A DNA stretch of 63,213 nucleotides, the filler included, from Octopus bimaculoides (lineage: Eukaryota), in assembly GCF_001194135.2 (NCBI RefSeq). It is 5 parts of 5 records of this genome, joined end to end, with 100 filler letters (N's around TTAATTAATTAA, not from the genome) between each part and the next. Parts side by side here need not be neighbours in the genome. Positions count along the whole stretch, not along the records: positions 28,729 to 37,656 come from NC_068991.1; positions 37,757 to 55,880 come from NC_068983.1; 3 more parts are not named here. One strand, 5' to 3'. Below, in pieces: positions 37,403 to 51,649 of the stretch. Position numbers and translations under genes: made by a program. Position 1 is the first letter of the stretch. The number at the start of each line of letters is the position of its first letter. Below the pieces are notes generated by a model that was not told where the DNA came from, did not search any database, and saw nothing but the letters and a program-made list of their open reading frames with translations.

Positions 37403-40039
37403 TACTTATATATATATATGTGCATGTTTGCGCGCGCGCGAGAGTGTGTGTGTGTGTGTGTGCAGAACGCCTGAATGTGACAAAAATCAGTAGCGCTGTG
37501 TCACATGTTATGAAATTTCCTGCTGTTTGTCTGGTAATGTTCTGAGGAATCGCTGACGTTTCTATGTTTTCCTTGACATGATGAATGTCTTGGAAAACTG
37601 GCAAGAGTTCTGTCTAGAATAACACCGAAATGTTATTCTAGACTGGAATGACGACTNNNNNNNNNNNNNNNNNNNNNNNNNNNNNNNNNNNNNNNNNNNN
37701 TTAATTAATTAANNNNNNNNNNNNNNNNNNNNNNNNNNNNNNNNNNNNNNNNNNNNTATAATGCAAATATAGCCATGTATTCAAAATTGATATAAATCAA
37801 AATTTTAATATGACATTCTAGATGTTACTGTTTGATCTCTTTAAATAAGTCTGCGTATATTTAATAAATAACAGTAATTTGACAAACTAATTAAGCATGT
37901 TTACGTTTTCTTAAACGAGGGTTTATTACAAATCTTAAACTTCGATCGCTCTCTATATGAATTATTCATGATGTGCGATAAACGATTACGAAAAATTACC
38001 CAAAGTTAGCAATTTGCCAGACAATAAGATTTTCAAAGTTTTCTCATAGTTTTTTTTTTTATGGAAGAAATGAATGATGCGCAGTATTAAATGTTACATG
38101 CGACTGCGTGGAGCAAAATGCTTTTCAATAAATAACAATACCTCAATTGAAATATCAACATTGCATTTCATTTTTAAAAAATCGTCATTTCTCTTACGCT
38201 GCTTACGTTGCGGAAAAAGATGGATACAGCCTTTGGGGAAAATGGAAATGAAGCCAATATTAAAATTGAGGAAGGGCGTTGAATCAGAAGAATTAGTAAA
38301 GCGTAGGTGAAAATACCAAGAGGTATTTAGTGAAGTGTTTATACGTTCTGGAATCAAATGTTGTCAGTAACGAGTTTGCCTTTTATATTTCTACGTTGAT
38401 TATTTAAATGTCAGTCCAATATTAGGGTTGAACATAATCGAGTATTCCTGCTCATTTACCATTTTGTTACTACTTCGCCGAAGAATTTAATTGATTTTTT
38501 TAAAAATGATACAAACTTTATATTTAAACTTACCTAAATAAAAATTTTTCCATTAAAATTTCATGCTAATCTGTTCTCCCAATAGCAGATTAACAATAAT
38601 AAACATATTTTATAAACTACTTCATTATTTTCAAAATTACTCTAAACAAAGTCGCAGGCGTGATTGTGTAGTAAGAAGTTTGCTTCACGACCACATGATT
38701 CCGGGTTCAGTCCAACTGCGTGGCACTTTGGGCAAGTGTCTTCTACTACAGTCTGGGGTCGACAAATGCCTCGTGGTTGGATTTGGTAGATAGAAACTGA
38801 AAGAAGACCATCGTATATATGCATATATATATATATATANNNNNNNNNNNNNNNNNNNNNNNNNNNNNNNNNNNNNNNNNNNNNNNNNNNNNNNNNNNNN
38901 NNNNNNNNNNNNNNNNNNNNNNNNNNNNNNNNNNNNNNNNNNNNNNNNNNNNNNNNNNNNNNNNNNNNNNNNNNNNNNNNNNNNNNNNNNNNNNNNNNNN
39001 NNNNNNNNNNNNNNNNNNNNNNNNNNNNNNNNNNNNNNNNNNNNNNNNNNNNNNNNNNNNNNNNNNNNNNNNNNNNNNNNNNNNNNNNNNNNNNNNNNNN
39101 NNNNNNNNNNNNNNNNNNNNNNNNNNNNNNNNNNNNNNNNNNNNNNNNNNNNNNNNNNNNNNNNNNNNNNNNNNNNNNNNNNNNNNNNNNNNNNNNNNNN
39201 NNNNNNNNNNNNNNNNNNNNNNNNNNNNNNNNNNNNNNNNNNNNNNNNNNNNNNNNNNNNNNNNNNNNNNNNNNNNNNNNNNNNNNNNNNNNNNNNNNNN
39301 NNNNNNNNNNNNNTATATATATATATATCTGTGTGTGTCTCTGTGTCTGTGTTTTCCCTCCAACACCGCTTGATAACCAATATTGGTGTTTACATTTCCG
39401 TACTTTAGCAGTTCGGCAAAAAGAGACTGATTGAATAAGTACCAAGCTTTAAAGAAAAAAGCTACTGAGGTCGATTCGTTGTTCGACTAAAATACTTCAA
39501 GGCGGTGTCCCAGCTTGGCCTTAGTCTAATGACTGAAACAAGTAAAATATGAAAGATAAAACATAAATAGACAGTATATTTCAGAAAATGATTAAATGTA
39601 TGTGGTGTAGTTCCACAGCTATAAATCAGAATCACAATAGCGGTAAATTCTAAAGTAGTAGCGAACGCTTTAGAATTTATCGCTATTGTTATAATGAACA
39701 AGAGGATAATTTCTGTCTTTCAGAAAAGTCTACGGACTAGTTTCGTTACCCAGTTAGAGCTAATATACGTCTGTTACTGTACACCATGAATATCATTAAA
39801 ATTCTGGCCTTTTTAAAGAAAAACAAATGAATATCTCATTATCATCAATTGTCCTTTTGTAAACTTTCTATCATAATGAGAAATGAATTTCTATCAAAAC
39901 AAAGAAAAGTGATGGGGGATTTATCTATCCCGTGCCTACCTCTAGTGGGATTGAATGCTACAACCTAGTCTCCAACAATACACTACATCTCTCATCAAGA
40001 ATATAATTTACCTTAAAGTTACAGTATCTTGATTTTCAT

Positions 40040-40386
40040 GAGTGGCTGTGTGGTAAGTAGCTTGTTTACTAACCACATGGTTCCGGGTTCAGTCCCACTG
40101 CGTGGCACCTTGGGCAAGTGTCTTCTACTATTGCCTCGGGCCGACCAAAGCCTTGTGATTGGATATGTATGCGTGTTTGTGTGTCTGTGTTTGTCCCCCA
40201 CCATCACTTGACAACCGATGCTGGTGTGTTTACGTCCACGTAACTTAGCGGTTCGGCAAAAAGAGACCGATAGAATAAGTACTAGGCTTACAAAGAATAA
40301 GTCCTGGGGTCGATTTTCTCGACTAAAGGCGGTGCTCCAGCATGGCTGCAGTCAAATGACTGAAACAAGTAAAAGAGTAAAAGAGA
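40040..40386 (+). mobile_element. SINE family A copy with internal deletion
   Basis: Near-identical to 35241-35643 but lacks the GGTAGACGGAAACTGAAAGAAGCC block. Confidence 0.9.
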
Positions 40387-41208
40387 GTATATTAGATGTT
40401 CTCTAATTCTCTTTTTGTTTTGAAATGCTTAACTTTTACTTAGTGTCTATTTTTAGTTTGGAGACTAATATATTTATCGTCTGCACAATTGTTTTCTACG
40501 GAATACATGCATTCACNNNNNNNNNNNNNNNNNNNNNNNNNNNNNNNNNNNNNNNNNNNNNNNNNNNNNNNNNNNNNNNNNNNNNNNNNNNNNNNNNNNN
40601 NNNNNNNNNNNNNNNNNNNNNNNNNNNNNNNNNNNNNNNNNNNNNNNNNNNNNNNNNNNNNNNNNNNNNNNNNNNNNNNNNNNNNNNNNNNNNNNNNNNN
40701 NNNNNNNNNNNNNNNNNNNNNNNNNNNNNNNNNNNNNNNNNNNNNNNNNNNNNNNNNNNNNNNNNNNNNNNNNNNNNNNNNNNNNNNNNTATATATCCAT
40801 ATACATACATGCATACATATATATATTATATATATATATAAATATATATATGGTCTTAAATCAACTCACTTGACAAACAACTAGTTACTATGTGTGTGTG
40901 TGAGTGCGTGTGTATGTATGCATGTATGTATGTATGTATGTATACACACACATAATGCGTATTCACATCTTAGACGGTATCCAACACACAACCCAACTGG
41001 TTCATTCATTATACAGACAGTGTGTTGTTCCTTCTGTTTCATATTCCCCTCGCTTCTCCAACGACCTCTGTTCCCTGTTCCTCAGCAACACATGTACCAC
41101 ATCCTCCCGTTCCACCTTGATGAATCCGTTAGTCTTTTCTGATCCTTCCTTAAGTTTTTCACATACTCTGTCCCTGTCTCTGTATCTATCTATCTATCTA
41201 TCTATCTA

Positions 41209-41243
<35 letters not shown>

Positions 41244-42077
41244 GACTGTGTGGCTGTCTGTCTATGTCACTGTCTAACTCACAGCCCAATTAGTTTTGAC
41301 CCACGAAATACAATAGACCACTTTAAAAATGTAGCAAATCTTGACCTGTTAATTTTATAATATAATGTATTACACAATCCTTACCTATCTTAGACAGGAT
41401 AACTCCTATGTGCACACACCAGCTACTTGCAAGAACATTTAAACATTCCTCAACATATACTCCACTACCTGAAAAAGGAGATAAAATGTACTTCAGTGAA
41501 AGATGTTAAAAATATAAGTGAAACTTTATGTTGATGGCATAAATGCTTTTGGTCTCTGATTGAGACTTCTTCCTCGATCAGGGCTGAAGTGCAATAAACA
41601 ATTTCGATATGAAATAGAGAACGAGTTTCTGCTTAGTAATAAAAAATTTAAATAAACTGGCTCCACTAAATCATATATTGCTTACTGAGGTCAGCTTGGG
41701 AAATAAATAAGTCATCACGATGAGACACATTCATGATTTTTAAAAATACAATTCACATCCATATTATATCTTGGTTTCAGATTGGTACTTGTTCAATAAA
41801 AGCATGATATGCTTTAATGGTCTACTTATATATTTATCTATTTTCACACACACACACATACACACACACACACAGACACACACGCGTACACATATAGATA
41901 CATATACACGCACGCATAAACACACATACACATACACACAGACACATACACGTACACATGTACATACATATACACGCACGCTTGCACACATACACACGCA
42001 TGCATACACACACACGCATGTACACACACACACACACGCACACATGCACACATACACGCACGCAAACACATACACGC

Positions 42078-42113
<36 letters not shown>

Positions 42114-42133
42114 GTGAATTCATATGCATAGGA

Positions 42134-42197
<64 letters not shown>

Positions 42198-42824
42198 TTA
42201 TCTATCTATCTCACTTACTCTCTCTGTCTGTGTGTATATATATATATATANNNNNNNNNNNNNNNNNNNNNNNNNNNNNNNNNNNNNNNNNNNNNNNNNN
42301 NNNNNNNNNNNNNNNNNNNNNNNNNNNNNNNNNNNNNNNNNNNNNNNNNNNNNNNNNNNNNNNNNNNNNNNNNNNNNNNNNNNNNNNNNNNNNNNNNNNN
42401 NNNNNNNNNNNNNNNNNNNNNNNNNNNNNNNNNNNNNNNNNNNNNNNNNNNNNNNNNNNNNNNNNNNNNNNNNNNNNNNNNNNNNNNNNNNNNNNNNNNN
42501 NNNNNNNNNNNNNNNNNNNNNNNNNNNNNNNNNNNNNNNNNNNNNNNNNNNNNNNNNNNNNNNNNNNNNNNNNNNNNNNNNNNNNNNNNNNNNNNNNNNN
42601 NNNNNNNNNNNNNNNNNNNNNNNNNNNNNNNNNNNNNNNNNNNNNNNNNNNNNNNNNNNNNNNNNNNNNNNNNNNNNNNNNNNNNNNNNNNNNNNNNNNN
42701 NNNNNNNNNNNNNNNNNNNNNNNNNNNNNNNNNNNNNNNNNNNNNNNNNNNNNNNNNNNNNNNNNNNNNNNNNNNNNNNNNNNNNNNNNNNNNNNNNNNN
42801 NNNNNNNNNNNNNNNNNNNNNNNN

Positions 42825-42885
<61 letters not shown>

Positions 42886-42924
42886 GTATATAGATATATA
42901 TGTGTATACGTGCGCACACACACT

Positions 42925-42955
<31 letters not shown>

Positions 42956-43645
42956 GTGTATGCATACATACATTCGTGCAAACATGTACACATACACACG
43001 TTCCTCTTTAATCTTATATAACACTGTTGTTATTGTTGAGTTGATTTATTCGAGAAGATGAGATTTTCAGCAAATGCTCAAATGTCAAACCGCTAAAAAA
43101 TCAATACGACGTGGATCACTTAATGAAAGATAACTGTGAACTGTATAGCAAATGGATGGTCATGTCCTTTAAATCTGTAATAGGTGTAGATGTAATTGCA
43201 TATATTTTCACTTCCCTAAATGTGGCATTTGCTTTCTCATCGCTTATAAACGCTTACAGTTTATAATCGTAGTGTTTCTCTTTGATAGCTCAATTTTACA
43301 CACTTATTCACTTCTATCTACATTTACGCACACATTCACACACAGACGCACACACACACAAACGCAGAGAAATACACACCCAGACATATACAGCCATCTG
43401 TTTTATCCAAACTCATGGTCACATAAATACACTAGATATTGTAATTCTTTTGTACGAATTTATTTCGGAAGATCAGATTTTCATTCATCCATTTTATACA
43501 GTATAGTATTGTAACAAGCGATGGGTAAAACCTCCACTTTCACCCGCTCCCATTGATTGCACCTAGTATAGCACTAGTATAGCAATAATTGGGTACTCTC
43601 CCAGCAGTATAGTGGGTTGAACCCCCAACTCCTAACTCTCTCACG

Positions 43646-43690
<45 letters not shown>

Positions 43691-44234
43691 NNNNNNNNNN
43701 NNNNNNNNNNNNNNNNNNNNNNNNNNNNNNNNNNNNNNNNNNNNNNNNNNNNNNNNNNNNNNNNNNNNNNNNNNNNNNNNNNNNNNNNNNNNNNNNNNNN
43801 NNNNNNNNNNNNNNNNNNNNNNNNNNNNNNNNNNNNNNNNNNNNNNNNNNNNNNNNNNNNNNNNNNNNNNNNNNNNNNNNNNNNNNNNNNNNNNNNNNNN
43901 NNNNNNNNNNNNNNNNNNNNNNNNNNNNNNNNNNNNNNNNNNNNNNNNNNNNNNNNNNNNNNNNNNNNNNNNNNNNNNNNNNNNNNNNNNNNNNNNNNNN
44001 NNNNNNNNNNNNNNNNNNNNNNNNNNNNNNNNNNNNNNNNNNNNNNNNNNNNNNNNNNNNNNNNNNNNNNNNNNNNNNNNNNNNNNNNNNNNNNNNNNNN
44101 NNNNNNNNNNNNNNNNNNNNNNNNNNNNNNNNNNNNNNNNNNNNNNNNNNNNNNNNNNNNNNNNNNNNNNNNNNNNNNNNNNNNNNNNNNNNNNNNNNNN
44201 NNNNNNNNNNNNNNNNNNNNNNNNNNNNNNNNNN

Positions 44235-44276
<42 letters not shown>

Positions 44277-45095
44277 GGATGGCTGGCTCTTTGACGACGA
44301 AGATTCTTTCGTTCGAACAACCGAATTATCTGCCCTAAAATTACCATCTACGTGACTTCGCATTCCATAGGCACATGCACTCTTGGCGTAATGTAATTTC
44401 CAGATAGAATGAGCATGACAACGTGTATTACAACGTAGTATATTTGGAATTGCATCTACAATCCACCATACAATTTTTGTCTACTTAGTTTGAATCCCAG
44501 AGTATGGGTCGACCCGAGGCTAAGGAAGATAAAAATCTTGCAAGATGGAACCCAATGAATTTGAACTACGTACGTTGAGTCGATACAAATATACATATAA
44601 AGGCTCAATTTGACCGAATGCCTAACGTCCACCCACACATACATATATGAACATACGCAAAAAAACACAGTTATACACATGTATTTCGTTTCATCTAGCT
44701 TTCAAGTATATTGTTCTTCTTAATACAATACGTATTTAAATGGATCCCCGTTAGACGTAATACTGCAGCTATTAACATTTAACAAGACATATATTATGCG
44801 ATTGTGATATTATTTGCAATACTGAGCTGCTTCTAAGATAACATTTGAAATTTGTTCTAGTTGTGCGGTGCTAATGTTTATCTTTTATCTCATTCATGTT
44901 GCGATCATTTGACTGTGACCATACTGGGTTTTAGTTAAATGAAGGGCTTTAGTTAACTTGAAGGGTTTTTATTAATTGAATCGACCCCAGGACTTTAATT
45001 TTACCGTGCCGTTTGGCGGACTACTAAGTTACGGGGGCGTAAACGCACCAACACCGTCTGTCAAGCGGTGATAGGGGAACAAACACAGATACCAA

Positions 45096-45139
<44 letters not shown>

Positions 45140-45875
45140 NNNNNNNNNNNNNNNNNNNNNNNNNNNNNNNNNNNNNNNNNNNNNNNNNNNNNNNNNNNNN
45201 NNNNNNNNNNNNNNNNNNNNNNNNNNNNNNNNNNNNNNNNNNNNNNNTATATATATATATATGTATATATATATACGAACGGCTTTTTTCCGTTTCTGTC
45301 TATCAAACGCACTCAGAAAATTTTGGTCGGTTCAATGCTATAGTATAAGACACTTGTTCAAGTAGCCACGCATTGTGACTGAAACCGGAACCATGTACTT
45401 GGGAAGCAAGTTTATTACCACGCAGTCACGCCTGCGCTTATAAGAAAATAGATTTGTATATAGTTCTAGCTGGCTATTTTCGGATTCGTTTCGGAAGTAG
45501 GGCGAGTCGAAGACACCGATGAAGAGTAGAAACTGAAATATCGATATCTGTCGTTCTCGTTGATTTTTTAAAATACTTAAATTTCTGGATGGGATATGGT
45601 GTTTTCTTTTCCTTGTATGTAAACTACCAAATTTATCTCGAGCGGCTTGGCTTGTTATTCCCATCTTCCATAATAATCCTATGGGATGGTTATGTATGCA
45701 GAACTCTCTATAGCTTAGGATAAATATAGTAATAACAAATTCTTTTTAGAATTGAAATTTATATATTCAGTTAAAGTATTGATACATGTGCTTCTGTATA
45801 ACACAAGTGTGTTTGTGACTCTATTCTCACATCCATATAAAAGTTTCCATCCTAAGAGAATTTCTTTGTTACTAC

Positions 45876-45926
<51 letters not shown>

Positions 45927-46073
45927 ATAAGGCGTAGATATTCAAAAGCGAGTATTTATAAAGATATTATTGTTGTTATTATTATCTGAGGTAAATATAT
46001 ATTGATAATAGCAACATTAATATAGGTGGCTACAGGCATTAAATAGCGGTAGATAGCTACACAATAAACATTT

Positions 46074-46538
46074 ATATTTTTCGTAAGGGCACACGAAGTG
46101 CCTACCTGCTAGACACTGCAAAATTCAACAGATAACCACAGTAGTCGGGCAAACGATATAAAAATGATTGTATCTTTATAAATATTCGGTTTTGAATATT
46201 CATACCTCATTATAAATATATTTACACTGAAGTTCTGAATTTGACGCGAAACAATTCAGTACGCCAGCAGACGCCAACGTGACGAGCTGAATTTTTCACT
46301 TGGTAAGACTTGCTGAAGAAAGTTAAGGTTTTTCGCCAAAACTCGAAATCATGGTACAAGTATATCCAAATGCCAAACTGTATAGCATTAAGCTGTGATG
46401 ATATGTCAGTTTTTTTGCTCGTTTACCCGACTAGTGTTGTTATCTGTTGAATTTCTCAGTGTCAGTGATGGTTAAATTGAGTGTTGTAAGTACACTTTCT
46501 AGCAGGTAGGCTCTTCGTGTGCCCTTATGATAAATATA
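46074..46538. repeat. Fold-back element with HHR-like motif in spacer
   Basis: TAAGGGCACACGAAGTGCCTACCTGCTAG / CTAGCAGGTAGGCTCTTCGTGTGCCCTTA (28/29), plus an inner arm CACTG..AATTCAACAGATAAC...GTCGGG.AAACG and its complement; the right arm carries an extra ~38 nt. Confidence 0.9.
46308..46361 (+). ncRNA. Degenerate minimal hammerhead ribozyme motif inside a fold-back element
   Basis: ACTTG-CTGAAGA-AAGTT...AACTC-GAA-ATCATGGT-A-CAAGT. 5-bp stem I, near-palindromic stem III, GUA triplet, A-C mismatch at the base of stem II. Confidence 0.6.
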
Positions 46539-46564
46539 TACATACATAGATACATACATATATG

Positions 46565-46599
<35 letters not shown>

Positions 46600-47388
46600 N
46601 NNNNNNNNNNNNNNNNNNNNNNNNNNNNNNNNNNNNNNNNNNNNNNNNNNNNNNNNNNNNNNNNNNNNNNNNNNNNNNNNNNNNNNNNNNNNNNNNNNNN
46701 NNNNNNNNNNNNNNNNNNNNNNNNNNNNNNNNNNNNNNNNNNNNNNNNNNNNNNNNNNNNNNNNNNNNNNNNNNNNNNNNNNNNNNNNNNNNNNNNNNNN
46801 NNNNNNNNNNNNNNNNNNNNNNNNNNNNNNNNNNNNNNNNNNNNNNNNNNNNNNNNNNNNNNNNNNNNNNNNNNNNNNNNNNNNNNNNNNNNNNNNNNNN
46901 NNNNNNNNNNNNNNNNNNNNNNNNNNNNNNNNNNNNNNNNNNNNNNNNNNNNNNNNNNNNNNNNNNNNNNNNNNNNNNNNNNNNNNNNNNNNNNNNNNNN
47001 NNNNNNNNNNNNNNNNNNNNNNNNNNNNNNNNNNNNNNNNNNNNNNNNNNNNNNNNNNNNNNNNNNNNNNNNNNNNNNNNNNNNNNNNNNNNNNNNNNNN
47101 NNNNNNNNNNNNNNNNNNNNNNNNNNNNNNNNNNNNNNNNNNNNNNNNNNNNNNNNNNTATATATATGTACATATCAGTACATATGCATATACATGCATT
47201 CATGCATATACGCTTACATACATGAAGTATACAACACAAGTTTAACGTGTTGCATTTGCACATACATTTAAAGGTATTGTCCGCCTCTGTACTATGCTAC
47301 AAACTTTGCGTCTGATGTGTATGTTTCAAAGGAACCCAATAGACTAATAAATTAGTATATACAGAGTAATGACTAATTATCTATACGG

Positions 47389-47440
<52 letters not shown>

Positions 47441-47510
47441 ACGCAGACAAATAGACACACACACATAGTGTTAGAAGGTTAAACATCAAAAGCATATCTC
47501 ACAACACTTA

Positions 47511-47555
<45 letters not shown>

Positions 47556-47659
47556 GTTTGTACGTATGTACATAAGGAAAAGAGAGCAAGGAAGAGTAGA
47601 GAAAAAAAGTGAAGTGAAAGAACCAACACAAAAGAAAAGATTAATCAAACTTAATAATA

Positions 47660-47721
<62 letters not shown>

Positions 47722-47914
47722 TATTATTATTATTATAATAATCCTTTCTGCTATTGGAACTAGGCCTGGCACTTGTGTGGAGGAGAATAGTCGATCACAT
47801 CGACCCCAGTACTTGACAGTTATTTAATTTCTCGAAAGGCGAAGTCGACCTCGGCGGAACTCAGGACGCAAACGTCTTTCCCAGCGTGCTATCGATTCTG
47901 CCAGCTCGCCGCCT

Positions 47915-47967
<53 letters not shown>

Positions 47968-48134
47968 ATAATAATAATAATAATAATAATACGGGACGTT
48001 TAACATGTGAGAGCGATAAACACTGTCCCGAAATCTATCCAGAAATATCAGAAATTAATACAACAAATAGAATCTAAGATGACTGACAAAGTGTTGAACT
48101 ATATCCGAGTAAGTAATACTTATTAAAATTTATT

Positions 48135-48790
48135 TCTATTTTCCAAATGAAATAATATATTGCCTCTGGCTGCCCAGTTCTTGCTAAGAAGGAATATGGT
48201 CAGAAACACGACAGAGTTGGGACCTGTATACAATGGAAACTATGCCAACACTATGGAATAACAACAGAAAAAAGATGGTTTAGGAACACCCCAGAAAAGG
48301 TCAGAGAAAATGAAAAAAACAACCATACTCTGAGATATACTAATACACACAGATAGTGAAATTAAGGCCAAAACGCCAGATATAGACGTTAGACATCACC
48401 TAGAAGACAAATGCTTTCTAATCGATGGATCAATACCAACTGATAACAACGTTTCTTTAAAAGAAACGGAGAAAATTTCAAAATACAAAGATCTGAAAAT
48501 AGAGGTAAGTCAAATGTTGAGTCTAAAAACAGAACCAATTCTTGTTGTAGTAAGCGAATTAGGTATGATAAAAAAAAACAAACATTTAGACAAATACAGA
48601 AGAAAAACACCAAGACTTACAATTATATATAACATAGAGAAAATAGCACTACTAGGTAACGCACACATCCTACGTAAAACACTTTCAATATAGCGAAAAT
48701 AAGAGCAACACAATAAACCACAGCACATACCCAAGTAACACAGAGCTGCAATCGGTAGTGCAGTGAAAACACGTGATAAAAATAAGACTA
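48135..48790 (+). mobile_element. R4/Dong-clade LINE 3' fragment with restriction-like endonuclease, ending at a (TAA)n array
   Basis: Frameshifted SGCPVLAKKEYGQKHDRVG..W.LC..YGI, IHTDSEIKAKTPDI, CFLIDGSIPTDNNVSLKETEKISKYKDLKIEV, LGNAHILRKTLSI*. Confidence 0.85.
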
Positions 48791-48953
<163 letters not shown>

Positions 48954-49094
48954 AAGTACAAAAAGGACACGAAGAATTACGCAACAAGGGATTACACAAT
49001 CGATTCCACGTAGCCTCAATAGAAGTTGCTGTAAAAATAGGTGGGATTGGGTGAAGAAAGGAACACTAAAGAAAAAAGTGACCGAGAGCACTAT

Positions 49095-49308
49095 ATTCTT
49101 TTCTCCTCTCGGCACAAGGCCCGAAATTTTGGGGGAGCGGGCATTCGATTAAATCAACGCCAGTACGCAACTGGTACTTAATTTATCGATCCCGAAAGAA
49201 TGAAAAGCAAAGTCGACCTCGCGGAATTTGAAGTCAGAACGTTGCGGCAGACGAAATACCGCTAAGCATTTCGCCCGGCATATTAACGATTCTGCCAGCT
49301 CGCCGCCT
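49095..49308 (-). mobile_element. tRNA-derived SINE family D with Nin/Deu-like central domain (other copies ~4970-5185, 11020-11210, 22230-22560, 47740-47915)
   Basis: Minus strand GGCGGCGAGCTGGCAGAATCGTT...GAGGTCGACTTTGC.TTTCAT.CTTTCGGG.TCGATAAATTAAGTACC; the central block resembles the Nin-domain consensus from memory, not from a search. Confidence 0.75.
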
Positions 49309-49329
49309 TCGAGAGCACTATATTGGCAG

Positions 49330-49870
49330 CGCCAGACCAATCTTTGGTCACGAACTGGAGGCTCAGCCTTAGGAATGAGGAAGTGTCTCCGCTGTGCTGC
49401 ATCTGTAACAGAGTCGATGAAACCATTACCCATATCACAAACGAATGCCCTTGACTTGCCCAAATCACTACAAGTTATGNNNNNNNNNNNNNNNNNNNNN
49501 NNNNNNNNNNNNNNNNNNNNNNNNNNNNNNNNNATAAGGTGCTAGAACATGACAGGCTGGACCTAATGGTGGTCGACAAGATGCAAACGTATGCTATATA
49601 GTTGATGCTGCATGCCCTTATGATCCACCAATATTCAAGAAGGAAGGCGTAAAAATAGATAAATACAACACTCTTAAGGACGAAATAGCTCGGCTATGGA
49701 AAATGAAGAAGGCAAAGATAGTGCAGACTATTGTTGGGTCCTTGGGAACAGTATCAGAAGGCATCAAGGAGAATATAAAGGAAATTGGAATAGAGTGCCC
49801 AGTAGAACTGTTACAAAACATTTGCCTCCTTGGCACGGCCAGAATAACCAGGACAGTATTAGATAGCTGA
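49330..49870 (+). mobile_element. R4/Dong-clade LINE fragment (CCHC knuckle and restriction-like endonuclease)
   Basis: CCICNRVDETITHITNECP, then after a small gap CPYDPPIFKKEGVKIDKYNTLKDEIARLWKMKK...IVGSLGTV...LLGTARITRTVLDS*. Confidence 0.82.
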
Positions 49871-50121
49871 AAAGAATGGATAGCATGGTACCGTAGGCTG
49901 CAGGTAGCAAGCCCGCTACGCATGGAAGACTCCAGTAGCTCCAACAAAACCTAGATTCTAGAAGTGCGGAATAATCTTCCTAAATAGAGACAAGGTACAG
50001 TTCTTAGCAGGGAGAGAATTACGAAACAGAGACCCCATTAAACAAATTGAAACGAAAGGATACAAATATCTTGGTGTACTTGAGTTCAGTGAGATAATAG
50101 AAAAGGAAATGAAAGAGCAAC

Positions 50122-50749
50122 CAATTCTGTAGGTTTTTACTCAACTCTAAACGCTTTGCAGCGTCTGTTTTTGAAAGTATTGGTTTTCTGATTGCAGCCC
50201 TCTCGTGAAATCTAGCTTGGTGCAGCTCCCCGCAAAAAGTCTTTGTGGGAAAACGGTTCACGAGGTGGTCATTAAGCTCTGCAGTAATTTTGGGAGCTGT
50301 ACTTTTGTGATCCTTTCTACCAATTCGCGTAAGAGTCCGGCGGTCCCTCTCTAAAAACTTTGGCTTTCTTCCGGAGTTTTGTTTCGACGTGGAGGTTTTT
50401 CCCTCTTCCTCAAAGGCTGTCATTACTTTCAACACAGTACTTCTTGATACACAGCCGAACGTTTGCTGTATCAAGAAGTACTGTGTTGAAACGTTCGGCT
50501 GTTTTCGTTACGCTAGCGCCTGCCATTTGACCTCTTTGAAAGTCCGACAGATTTGTCATTTTAATGAATTTCAATGATCTTTTTCTGATGATATCTGAAA
50601 AGAAACAACAATTTTAGCGAAACATATTAAAACAACACTAATAATAAATCGAAAATGATAAAAATAAACAAACTTTTGACAGTTTTATAGATATTTCAAA
50701 ATCATGATGCTATGATGCTAGGTGTTTCCATTATTTTGTCTAACCCCTG
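50122..50749 (-). mobile_element. Tc1-like transposon, 5' half (one TIR and transposase DNA-binding domain)
   Basis: ORF 50019..50474 VSRSTVLKVMTAFEEEGKTSTSKQNSGRKPK...RTLTRI...TAPKITAELN...AAIRKP; left end TA|CAGGGGTTAGACAAAATAATGGAAACACC. Confidence 0.85.
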
Positions 50750-51649
50750 TATATTTCACGAATGTTTTTTGTTTCCTATTTCTTATTCTACTGCAAAATA
50801 TTGCCGAATAGAAAAAAAATCCATCATTATATTTTGTTGTCTGATTTTTCCTTTATCTCTTTAAGCTGCAGAAATGTTAGACTACGAAAAGTATTGATAA
50901 GTTAAGTAGAAATTTCAAAACCAGATTCTCAGTGCTTATAATATTTGAATATTAACGATATCTTTCCATTATTATATTGATTCCTGGAAAGATATCTTAC
51001 ATTCACTTGGATTTTATTTACATTTATAAAGAAAATATTTTAAAGAGTTGTTTATTTCATTTTGAGAACTGTATTTCTTTATTGAAATAACCAATCGTAG
51101 GATTTTATGAAATATAGAAAAACTACAACACCAAAAAAATAAAAATGAAGAAAAATACCACAACTTAATCATCTAAGTGTCAATTTTTTGTGGATTATAT
51201 TGATTGGGGTTTAAGACTTCTAATATTTTTGTGTTGAAAAAATCCGAGAAATTGTCTCTGGGTGAAAGGACTGGTTGATGAAAGTGATATATTTAAAAAT
51301 CGATTGATATATACACTCAGATATAGAACTCTTATTTATTCTCAGGTAACGAGATCTATTGGCCACATATTTTGAAGACATAGAGAGGGGGATAAATGAT
51401 ACTTGGCTTATGTTTTCATGCAACAATTAGGCAAACAGTAGACATTAATATACCACTCCATGATTTCAATAGATCAATAGATGCAGGCATAGCGTATTTT
51501 TATTTCGTAATCACGTAGTTCCGGTTTGAATCCCATTCTCACTGAGTGACATCTTCGGAAAATGTTGAGCTGTGAGTAAAATTTGATAAATAAAAACTAT
51601 GTAAAAACTCGTCGTGCATATAACTGATATTCCAAGTTACGGATATAAT

